This document shows positions 32,728 through 41,381 of a stretch of 64,000 nucleotides of DNA, piece by piece. Under the pieces are notes generated by a model. That model ran no database searches. It was not told the DNA's origin and saw nothing but the letters and a program-made list of their open reading frames with translations. The translations under genes and the position numbers were made by a program. This stretch comes from Gammaproteobacteria bacterium. Lineage in GTDB: Bacteria > Pseudomonadota > Gammaproteobacteria > Eutrophobiales > Eutrophobiaceae. How positions within the stretch are numbered: position 1 is the first letter of the stretch; every line of letters starts with the position of its first letter. The DNA lies in contig CBDCTH010000012.1 in assembly GCA_965222155.1 (NCBI GenBank), positions 64,001 through 128,000 of the forward strand, written 5' to 3'.

Positions 32728-33357
32728 ATGTATTATCCTGATTTATCCAAATCCTTGGATCCGGTCACGCTCAGTCTGGTCGGTCTGACGCCCATGCTGG
32801 CGGTATCGACCACGCTGCTCAGCGGTCTGTCCATAGGGATTGTCTACCTTGCCGTGTTGATCCTGACCGGCGTTACCGCGTCCTGCGCCGGACGCATTAT
32901 CCCGATGCAGCATAAATCTGTTTATTTATTGCTGATCTCGGCAGCCTGGGTGTCAATCGTCGACTTACTGTTACAGGCCTGGTGGTATGAGCTCAGGAAC
33001 CAACTCGGTATTTACCTGCTTCTCCTGGCCATGAATACCACTCTCCTGTTTCATCTTGACGCGTTCCCGTGGCAAAAAAGTTTGCGGGAGGGTGCACTGG
33101 TCAGCCTGAAAACAGCCCTGACGGGTGTTGCCTTAGTCACAGCCACAGGCCTGTTGCGTGAATTAGCGGCCAGGGGAGGCATACTGACGGATATTCACCT
33201 GGTATCCCATGTTGAACCATTGGGTTCACTACAGCCTGTATCCATTTTCACGAGGGGATTACACCTGTTTGACGGTAGCGCCGGCGCGTTCATCATCTTC
33301 GGGTTATTGCTGGCTGCCCTGTCACTTCCCATCCCGGGTAGAATCCGCTCTTCCTGA
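32728..33357 (+). CDS. RnfE/RsxE-like membrane protein (divergent)
   Basis: GL.PMLAVS, LGIY..L..N, GLLREL, GAFI.FGLLLA; immediately upstream of nth, as in rsxE-nth. Confidence 0.75.
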   Translation: MYYPDLSKSLDPVTLSLVGLTPMLAVSTTLLSGLSIGIVYLAVLILTGVTASCAGRIIPMQHKSVYLLLISAAWVSIVDLLLQAWWYELRNQLGIYLLLLAMNTTLLFHLDAFPWQKSLREGALVSLKTALTGVALVTATGLLRELAARGGILTDIHLVSHVEPLGSLQPVSIFTRGLHLFDGSAGAFIIFGLLLAALSLPIPGRIRSS

Positions 33358-33367
33358 TCAGCAGACC

Positions 33368-34024
33368 TTGAACCGTAGCAAACGCGCACAAATCTTTTCC
33401 CTGCTAAGGCGACATAACCCTGCGCCTGCGACGGAACTTCGTTATTCCAGTCCCTTTGAGTTGCTCGTATCCGTTATCCTGTCGGCGCAGGCCACGGATG
33501 TCAGTGTCAACAAGGCTACGGAAAAACTGTTCCCGGCGGCCAATACGCCGGAGCAGTTTATCAGGCTGGGCGAACCGGGATTGAAGCAATATATCAAATC
33601 GATCGGCCTGTACAACACAAAAGCCGAAAACATTATCAAGACCTGCCATATCCTGGTTGATACCCATGCCGGCAAGGTGCCTGAGAACCGGGAAGCATTG
33701 GAAAAACTGCCGGGGGTCGGCAGGAAAACGGCAAACGTCATCCTCAATACCGCTTTCGGCCAACCCACCATTGCCGTAGACACCCACATATTCCGGGTAT
33801 CCAACCGCACCGGTCTGGCGCCCGGCAAAAACGTCCTGGAAGTCGAGCAGCGCCTGCTGAAGTTCGTCTCTGATGAGTACAAACAGGACGCCCACCACTG
33901 GCTGATCCTGCACGGCCGTTATACCTGCATGGCGCGCAAACCGAAATGCGCTGGCTGCCTGATCTATGAGCTGTGTGAGTGGAAAGAGAAGAAAATGTTC
34001 AGGGACGTTCAGCAGGGGCAATAA
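33368..34024 (+). CDS. nth: endonuclease III
   Basis: ILSAQATD, HhH LPGVGRKTANV, AVDTH, C-x6-C-x2-C-x5-C. Confidence 0.97.
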   Translation: MNRSKRAQIFSLLRRHNPAPATELRYSSPFELLVSVILSAQATDVSVNKATEKLFPAANTPEQFIRLGEPGLKQYIKSIGLYNTKAENIIKTCHILVDTHAGKVPENREALEKLPGVGRKTANVILNTAFGQPTIAVDTHIFRVSNRTGLAPGKNVLEVEQRLLKFVSDEYKQDAHHWLILHGRYTCMARKPKCAGCLIYELCEWKEKKMFRDVQQGQ

Positions 34025-34085
34025 CAGGTGGACATCGGCACCTTTTGAAAACGAAGATGTGGCTGTAAGTGTTGGCATGTCTACC

Positions 34086-34280
34086 GTCGTCATTCCGGCG
34101 AATGCCGGAATCCAGTGGAACAAGGAGTCGCCGGAGCCTGCCCCGGCATGTCGTAAGCCAGGGGCGACACAGTATCAGACTGGGTTCCGGCCTGCCTGCT
34201 GCAGGCAGACGCCGGAACGACGACGGAGGTAACAGCATAACAATGCTACAGATATGTCTGCGCAAGCAGGAATCCAGTAG
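34086..34280. repeat. Nested palindromic (REP/RPE/dRS3-like) element
   Basis: CGTCGTCATTCCGGCGAATGCCGGAATCCAGT ... CTGGGTTCCGGC...CGCCGGAACGACGACG, with inner hairpins. Confidence 0.7.
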
Positions 34281-34338
34281 AGCGATTATTCCTTGTCTGT
34301 GAAGCAAGGTTATCGGGCGTGTTTTGAAAGAGATTGAT

Positions 34339-37300
34339 ATGTCAGGACAACTATTCAAACAATATTTTTTAACGGACGGTATCAGGGAAACCAGGGAGTG
34401 GCAGGAATCGGTGAAGCAACCGGAGACGTATACCGGGTTCGCCAATGCCATCACCGCTCGCTTCAACAATTTCAGTCGCTTCAGTGAACCCAATGAAGCG
34501 GTTACGGAACAGGAACTCATTCGTCCGGTCCTGGAGATGCTGGGCTGGACCGACTACCTGCCGCAGCAGGGCACAGCGCGCAATGAGGACGTTCCCGATC
34601 ACCTTCTCTTTGCTGACGCGGACGCGAAGAAGCGGGCCAGTGCCCGCGGCAATTCGCAAGATCGTTATAAGGATGCGCTGCTGGTACAGGAAAGCAAGCG
34701 TATCGGCCGGTCTCTCGATAGCCGGGCAGATGACGAGCAGGCGCATGAGGGCACGCCCCAGGGGCAGATATTACGCTACCTGTTAACTGCTGAAATTGTG
34801 TCGGGGGGTCAGGTCCGTTGGGGCATTCTCACCAACGGCAGTGTCTGGCGACTTTACGACCAGCGCGCCAGACCGCGCGCCAGTGGCTTCTTCGAGACCG
34901 ACCTCAAGGCGATACTGGCTCAGGATGATGAAGACGGGCTGAGGATGTTCTTTCTGCTGTTTCACCGGGAAGCGTACCTGCTCCGGCAGGGCGCAACGGC
35001 TACCTTCCTGGAAGCCGCCCTCGCGCAGGGCCGGCGCTACGAAGAACAGGTGGCCCAGGACCTTTCAAGCGTCGTCTTTGATCGTGTCTTCCCCGGTCTC
35101 GTAAGGGCGCTTGCGGACGCTACCGGAAAAAGCCTGTCGCAGGTTCGCCCCGCCGCGCTGATCTTCCTGTACAGGTTGCTGTTCATCCTGTACGCCGAGG
35201 ACCGCGGGCTGTTGCCTGTCAACGACCTTCGCTATGATGATTACGGCCTGCGCAAGCGGGTGCGAGACGATATCGCGCAACGGAAAAAGCAGGGTGATAT
35301 CTTCTCCGACACGGCAGCCAACTACTACAACCGCTTGACCGAGCTTTTCAGGCTTATCGACAGGGGTGACGACTCCATCGGCTTACCTCCCTACAACGGC
35401 GGGCTGTTCGCGTCCGGGACTGCGCCGATTCTTGGCCGCGCGCGCCTGTCGGACGTGGTGGTCGCTGATATTATTTATGACCTGAGCCACACCGGAAGCG
35501 CGGATGAGCGTCGCTTTGTCAATTACCGCGACCTGTCGGTGCAGCAGATGGGTTCAATCTACGAGAGGCTGCTGGAGCGCGAACCGGTGCGCGCAGACGA
35601 CGGGAGCGTGTCGACCCGTCCCAATCCGTATGCGCGCAAGGACAGCGGCAGCTTCTACACGCCACAGGAGCTGGTTGACCTGATTGTGGAGCAGACGCTT
35701 AAACCGTTGGCTGAAGAGCGATTACAGGCGTTCGAGCACAGGTCGGAAGCGCTCAGGAGCGACCGTCGTCCAAAGGCCGAACGCTACGCCGAACTGGCCG
35801 ATCTGGACCCGTCCGAAGCGGTCTTGAATGTCAAAGTCCTGGACCCGGCGATGGGAAGCGGTCACTTCCTTGTCAGTGCGGTGGACTTCCTGTCTGACTA
35901 CATTGTTACCCTGGTCGAATATGTGCCGGCAGTGCCGGAATGGCTGGACGGCAAGTACACATCGCCACTCGTTGAGCGGATAACCGCAATCCGGGCCGAT
36001 ATTCTGAAACGGGCCGTCGAGTCCGGCTGGGTTATTGACGAGGCGCAGTTTACCGACCAGGCCATTATCCGGCGGATGGTGCTCAAACGCTGTATCTACG
36101 GCGTGGACAAGAACCCGCTGACCGTCGAGTTGGCGAAGATATCGCTGTGGCTGCACAGTTTCACCGTCGGCGCGCCGCTGTCGTTCCTGGACCACCACCT
36201 GCGCTGTGGCGATTCGCTTATCGGTCTCAGTGTGAAAAGCGCCACCGAGGAGTTGTACCGGCTTGGCAGCCTGTTTGTTTCCAGCGCTATTCAGGGCGCC
36301 GAGAACGCCGCCGCCGGTATGCAGCTCATCGAGGAGATGTCCGATGCTGACCTGTCGGAGGTGCGCGAGTCGGCAGACCTGTTCCGAGGCGTTGAAGCAA
36401 CAACAGTGAGCTTACGCGGCCTTCTTGACTTCGTCTGCGGCCTGCGCTGGCTGACGGCGGGAATGAACAAGTCGCAGCGCGCCGGTTTTGAGATTCCTCT
36501 CGTTGAGGCATTGGGAGCGAACCCCGATAACGCCTATAAGATGCTGTCCGGCGGCCCCGCCGCCGCGGCGGGTGATCAGGAAGAATCCTCTCCCTTCGGA
36601 GTGTTATGGAATCAAGCTGTGTCAATAGCCAGGCGCGAGGGCTTCCTGCATTGGCAGGTGGCCTTCCCCGGCGTCTAGCAGCGCTGGCAGGATCAGCGTC
36701 CTGAAGGCGGATTCGACGCCATAATTGGGAACCCTCCCTGGGAGCGCATCAAGCTGCAAGAAGTGGAGTGGTTCGCGACCCGCGCTCCGGAGCTGGCTCG
36801 CGCCCCGACCGCTGCCGCGCGTAAGGCCGGGATCAGGCAGCTTCGCGAACGGGGCGAGCCGTTGGCGCATGAGTTCGACGCGGCCAAGGCCCGTGCTGAT
36901 GACCTCGGTCAAATGGTTCGCACATCAGGTCACTACCCCCTGCTGGGCGGGGGTGATATCAACCTCTACTCACTGTTTGTCGAAAGGGCTATGGGGTTGG
37001 TCAAACCTGACGGTCTGGTGGGGTTGCTCACGCCGTCCGGCATCTACGCCGACAAGACTGCGGCGCGGTTCTTCAAGACTGTTTCGACAAGTGGACAAAT
37101 CGCCGGCTTGTTCGACTTCGAGAACCGCCGCCTCAGGTCCAACCAGCCACCATTTTTCCCGGACGTGGACTCGCGTTTCAAATTCTGCGCCCTGATATTC
37201 GGCGCTGACGAGCGACATTTTACAGAGACCCGGTGTGCTTTCTTCCTCAACGACACCGGCGCAATCAACGACCCGGAGCGCTGCTTCCCCTTATCACCTG

Positions 37301-38400
37301 AGGATTTCGCCCGGGTGAACCCCAATACCGGCACCGCGCCAATCTTCCGCCGCCGCGGCGACGCCGACATCACTCGCCGCATCTACGAGCGGCACCCGGT
37401 GCTCGTTGACCGTTCAGGCGATGAGCAGCGCCGCGCCTGGCCGGTACGCTACCAAACCATGTTTCACATGACCAACGACTCCCACCTGTTCCGTAGCGCG
37501 GCACAACTTGAAGCTGGAGGCTTCTATCCCGTTGAGGGCAATCGCTGGAAACGGGGAGAGGAACTGTACCTGCCGCTGTATGAGGGGAAGATGGTGCAGG
37601 CCTTTGACCACCGAGCCGCCAGCGTAGTGGTTAATCCCACAAATTTGAGCCGGCCCGCGCAGCCCATGATAACTACTTTGACACAACACCAAGATCCGGA
37701 CTGGCTACCCACCCCACAGTTTTGGGTTCCAGCATCGAAATGTGGTTGGCCGTCGGGATCAACCTGGGTTCTTGGCTTCAAGGAAATTACGGCGCCCACG
37801 AACGTCAGAACATTCATCTCGGCGCTTTTACCAACGGTTGGATTCGGGAACAAAGTACCAATTCTCAAACCAGAGACGATAAACCGCAATGAATGGTTAC
37901 TAGCCGCCAACTTCAACGCAATAATCTTCGACTTTGCCGCACGCCAGAAAATTCAAGGCCAGACCTTGAATCTGTTCATCGTTGAGCAGCTTCCTGTCAT
38001 AGCATCCGATGACTACGACCGGCAGTTCGGAGATATTACCGCCCGCGATCTCGTCCGCGACCACGTGCTTCGTCTCACCTATACGGCCCACGACATGGCG
38101 CCGTTTGCCCGCGACCTCGGCTATGACGGGCCGCCGTTCACTTGGGACGAAGAGGAGCGGCGTCACCTGCGCGCCCGCCTTGATGCGTTGTACTTCCACC
38201 TGTATGGGTTGTCGCGGCAGGATGCGAGTTACATACTGGATACCTTCCCTATCGTCCGCAAAGAAGATGAAGCAAAGTTTGGCTGCTACCGCACCCGTGA
38301 CCTTATCCTGGCATACATGAATGCCCTGGTGGCTGGTGATACAGAGACGATTGTAGCGGTACAGGGGAACCGAAGAAGCGCCTCACGGCGCCAAAGATAG
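34339..38400 (+). pseudogene. Type IIG (Eco57I-like) fused restriction-modification enzyme with one in-frame amber codon at 36676-36678
   Basis: PD...ESK nuclease motif, WGILTNG, YNGGLF, GSFYTP, VLDPAMGSGHFL; after the TAG the same frame continues QRWQDQRPEGGFDAIIGNPPW and into ORF 36763-38400. Confidence 0.88.
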
Positions 38401-38420
38401 TGAAAAAAACAGAAATTGTA

Positions 38421-38672
38421 TCAGGCAGCTCGCCTACCGGTAATAGCTTCACGCAGCCCTTCGAGCAAGCCTTCCAGTTTGCCCATCCTACCGGCCATAT
38501 CTTCACGGAACTTCGATTGTTCCTTGCCCTGCTCGTCAATGCGCCTGGCCAGGTCATCAATCCGCTTGTTCAAGTCGCTACGCAATCCACGTTGATTAAA
38601 GTGGATAAAGGCAGCTATAGCGATCACCGCGCTGATGATACCGATGATGGTTGTCCATATTTCCGGGGTCAT
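38421..38672 (-). CDS. small membrane-anchored coiled-coil hypothetical protein
   Basis: N-terminal TM helix then heptad-like sequence ending LEGLLEGLREAI. Confidence 0.6.
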   Translation of the reverse strand: MTPEIWTTIIGIISAVIAIAAFIHFNQRGLRSDLNKRIDDLARRIDEQGKEQSKFREDMAGRMGKLEGLLEGLREAITGRRAA

Positions 38673-38831
38673 GTCGTCAGTATAGCAGAATCCGCAGTAG
38701 CTTACGGATACACATAAAATCTAAACAGTTGCTCCCGCTAAATCGAGGTCAACACAGTGATTTTTGCCGGATTCGGGCAAGGGGGACAGATTTAAATGGG
38801 ACTTACTATACAATCTTACCCAAGGGTTTGG

Positions 38832-39248
38832 TTATTCAAAGAACAGGGGTCCCAATACTTTATGGCTTATCTCCCACATTTCGTGAGGTTGGTCTTCTAT
38901 ATAAATTTTGCATGAATGAGAATCCTTGTTCCAACGCGGATAGGTAAGCATTTCATCTTCATGTGCGCTAATTCTGATGGCATTGATTGATTTTTCAAAG
39001 TAAACAGATTTGATATCATTGCTGTCCTGATCGTCCTCAGGGAAACGGCGAACGCTGAACATAGGATAAATTCCTTCGCCATTTTGTTCCAATTGAAAAG
39101 CAAAACCGCGCCTGCGCTTGGCTGACAGTTTATTTGCTTCCTCCACATCGCGTTGCACTATTTGAAAGAGCGATTCGAACGTTAGATAAAGGTTGCACTT
39201 GGCTCGTTCGGCGACCTGGTTAGGGGGCAATGGCGTATTCTCAAACAT
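38832..39248 (-). CDS. hypothetical protein (IS1595 passenger)
   Basis: 138-aa ORF divergent from the transposase, ending just inside the left TIR; no motif recognised. Confidence 0.6.
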   Translation of the reverse strand: MFENTPLPPNQVAERAKCNLYLTFESLFQIVQRDVEEANKLSAKRRRGFAFQLEQNGEGIYPMFSVRRFPEDDQDSNDIKSVYFEKSINAIRISAHEDEMLTYPRWNKDSHSCKIYIEDQPHEMWEISHKVLGPLFFE

Positions 39249-39291
39249 CCATAATTATATTAGCAGCAAAGGAAATAATTACCAAAAAAGC

Positions 39292-39320
39292 TTGACTTTT
39301 GGGTTGTTTTTGGGTAAAAT
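39292..39320 (+). promoter_or_regulatory. sigma70-like promoter of the transposase
   Basis: TTGACT-N17-TAAAAT. Confidence 0.65.
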
Positions 39321-39348
39321 ACTCCCATATATTAATAGGTGCAACCAG

Positions 39349-40257
39349 ATGAAAAAGCAAAGAAATAAGTTATCAGTAGTCCAGATAATGAATATGTTTC
39401 CCGATGATGAAACTGCGGAGCAATGGTTTATAAATTGCCGCTGGCAACATGGGATAGATTGCCCGGCCTGTGGGTCAAAGCGAGTTTCGGAAAGAACGAC
39501 AGGCAAGCGGTCATGGCGTTGTAAGGATTGCCGTAAGGATTTTAGCACCAAGACCGGAACGTTAATGCAGGGCAGTAACCTGGGGTTCCGGGTGTGGGCG
39601 ATTGCTATTTACCTACTGACTACCAGCCTGAAGGGGATTGCCAGCACCAAGCTGGCGAGCGACTTGGGGATTACACAAAAGGTTGCCTGGCACCTGGCGA
39701 TGCGGATTCGGGAAACCTGCGGGGATAGGATGGCCCAGCTTCAGGGCGTTGTTGAGGTAGATGAAACGTATATTGGCGGCAAAAAAACTAATAAACATCA
39801 GAGCAAGCGTATTCCTGGCCGGGGGCCGTCCGGCAAGCAGGCGGTTATCGGCGCTAAGGAGAGAGGCGGCAACATCAGGGCAAAAAGCATTACCCGGCCA
39901 GACTTCTACAATCTCCGATCCTTCGTTAGTGAGGTTGTTGCTGAAGATGCCAATGTCATTACCGATGAGAACCGAGGGTATCAAGGTATTCCACAGGCGC
40001 ACCAGACAGTACACCATTCAGCTAAGGAATATGTCCGGGACCAAGCGCATACAAATGGTATTGAGTCCTTTTGGGCTTTATTAAAGCGGGGCTATTATAG
40101 CACTCACCATCACATGAGTTATAAGCATCTGGATCGGTACGTTAAGGAGTTCTCAGGCCGGGCCAATGACCGCCAGTCACACACTATTGAACAGATGTCG
40201 CACATGGCGCAGGCTATGAGAGGGAAACAATTGAGGTACAATGATCTGATTGCTTAG
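39349..40257 (+). CDS. IS1595-family transposase
   Basis: Zn ribbon CPACG...WRCKDC, VEVDETYIGG, ITDE..GY, HS..EYV, TNGIESFW..LKR, HL.RY..EF. Confidence 0.95.
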   Translation: MKKQRNKLSVVQIMNMFPDDETAEQWFINCRWQHGIDCPACGSKRVSERTTGKRSWRCKDCRKDFSTKTGTLMQGSNLGFRVWAIAIYLLTTSLKGIASTKLASDLGITQKVAWHLAMRIRETCGDRMAQLQGVVEVDETYIGGKKTNKHQSKRIPGRGPSGKQAVIGAKERGGNIRAKSITRPDFYNLRSFVSEVVAEDANVITDENRGYQGIPQAHQTVHHSAKEYVRDQAHTNGIESFWALLKRGYYSTHHHMSYKHLDRYVKEFSGRANDRQSHTIEQMSHMAQAMRGKQLRYNDLIA

Positions 40258-40337
40258 CAGCAACTCCCAAGCACGATCAGTAAGTGGTTAAAAAAGCTAT
40301 ATTGGCCTGTCCGCGACACCCGCCTGGGTTAAAATAA

Positions 40338-40372
40338 AAAACCCGTGAACTCAACTGAGTTGCACGGGTTTT
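40338..40372. terminator. Hairpin with A/T tails between the transposase and the tRNA
   Basis: AAAACCCGTG-AACTCA-AC-TGAGTT-G-CACGGGTTTT. Confidence 0.6.
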
Positions 40373-40380
40373 AATTTATC

Positions 40381-40465
40381 GCCCGGGTGGCGAAATTGGT
40401 AAACGCAGGAGTCTCGCACACTCCCAGTCCTCGTGGCTTTGCGGGTTCGAATCCCGCTCCGGGCA
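40381..40465 (+). tRNA. tRNA with Leu-type body and CGC (Ala) anticodon; CCA not encoded
   Basis: Acceptor GCCCGGG/TCCGGGC plus A73; D arm GCG-AAATTGGTAAA-CGC; anticodon arm GGAGT-CTCGCAC-ACTCC; long variable arm; T arm GCGGG-TTCGAAT-CCCGC. Confidence 0.88.
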
Positions 40466-40516
40466 CTCCTTTCTAGTGCACTTAGAAAGTCATTATAGTT
40501 ATTGTAATTCGGTATA

Positions 40517-40663
40517 TCAAACCGTGTTGTTTTTCTTCAAGTATTGCCAGTCTTTCTTCGGCGGGGCCTGCATGATGGCAACGGCAACCCCTTCAGGCCT
40601 GGTATCAACCGGCGGGATCACATTCTTAACAGGCCTCCCGCGCTGTTTAGTTTTCTTGGTCAT
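40517..40663 (-). CDS. 48-aa basic peptide with AT-hook-like RGRP motif (IS1595 passenger)
   Basis: MTKKTKQRGRPVKNVIPPVDTRPEGVAVAIMQAPPKKDWQYLKKNNTV*; starts 9 nt after the hicA stop. Confidence 0.6.
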   Translation of the reverse strand: MTKKTKQRGRPVKNVIPPVDTRPEGVAVAIMQAPPKKDWQYLKKNNTV

Positions 40664-40672
40664 AACCAATTT

Positions 40673-40879
40673 TTATAATTCATGCTCTTCAATGCCAGTG
40701 ATATTCATTATTTTTTTCTGTAGTCCTACTTTTAAAGATTTATTGCCATGAACCGGTATTGAAATGGGATAAATCTCACCCTCCTTTACATAAATATGAT
40801 GGCTACCTTTAATGCGCTTAAGCTGCCACCCCTTCTTCCGGATAAGATAACACAACGTCTTTCCGCCTACTGTCTTCAA
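40673..40879 (-). CDS. hicA: HicA-family toxin
   Basis: GW...RIKGSHHIY...IPVHGNKSLK.GL. Confidence 0.9.
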   Translation of the reverse strand: MKTVGGKTLCYLIRKKGWQLKRIKGSHHIYVKEGEIYPISIPVHGNKSLKVGLQKKIMNITGIEEHEL

Positions 40880-41078
40880 AAGTAATCTCCCGTAAATCCC
40901 GTTCCAGGATAGTCTTTACATTATCAGCAAGAACAGATAAGCAACCATCAACAGCGTCCTTTAAATTAACAATCAACTCGTTAATTGTGTCTCCTTGTGT
41001 TACACAGCCAGGAATAGACGTAACTTCTGCCCAATAACCTCCTTCATCTGCAATATGAACGATAATCTCTGTTTTCAT
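40818..41078 (-). CDS. hicB: HicB-family antitoxin (short form)
   Basis: EGGYWAEV.SIPGCVTQGDT..EL..NLKDAV. Confidence 0.88.
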   Translation of the reverse strand: MKTEIIVHIADEGGYWAEVTSIPGCVTQGDTINELIVNLKDAVDGCLSVLADNVKTILERDLREITFEDSRRKDVVLSYPEEGVAA

Positions 41079-41258
41079 AACAGTTATCCTAATAACCATT
41101 TAGTGCGTACCCTAAAGGTACGTATACAATATATTATATATTTCAAACAGAAAAAATCAATTTTTTTGTTGACATCAATCTACCGCTAATCACGGGGTCA
41201 TGGGTAAGATTGTATATAAGTCCTATTTAAATCTGTCCCCCAGGAGGCCGAAGACAGC

Positions 41259-41371
41259 GGGGACAGATTTAAATCTGTCCCCTAGGAGGCGCGGGACATG
41301 TTTCCCTGGGATGGAGGGCGTCTCGCCCTCCACGAGGGCAGGATGCCCTCGATCCCGGGAGTTAGCGGGAG
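41259..41371 (+). repeat. Composite repeat (24-bp palindrome plus REP-like double hairpin); inverted copy at 56111-56223
   Basis: GGGGACAGATTTAAATCTGTCCCC...GAGGGCGTCTCGCCCTCCACGAGGGCAGGATGCCCT...CCCGGGAGTTAGCGGGA. Confidence 0.85.
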
Positions 41372-41381
41372 CACCTGAAAT

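Larger units (their letters stand above)
38798..41224 (+). mobile_element. IS1595-family transporter element with passenger genes
   Basis: TIRs GGGACTTACTATACAATCTTACCCA and TGGGTAAGATTGTATATAAGTCCT; 8-bp TSD ATTTAAAT at 38790-38797 and 41225-41232; flanks rejoin to GGGGACAGATTTAAATCTGTCCCC. Confidence 0.93.

Noticed and set aside
40381-40465. tRNA as tRNA-Sec, an allo-tRNA, or an integration (att) site
   Set aside because: The fold is 7/5 rather than 8/5, 8/4 or 9/3, with no UCA anticodon. It lies inside the IS ends, and I saw no duplicated 3' fragment or integrase.
41225-41282. Two adjacent palindromes as a CRISPR array
   Set aside because: Only two units with an 18-bp gap, other copies are dispersed, and no cas genes are present.
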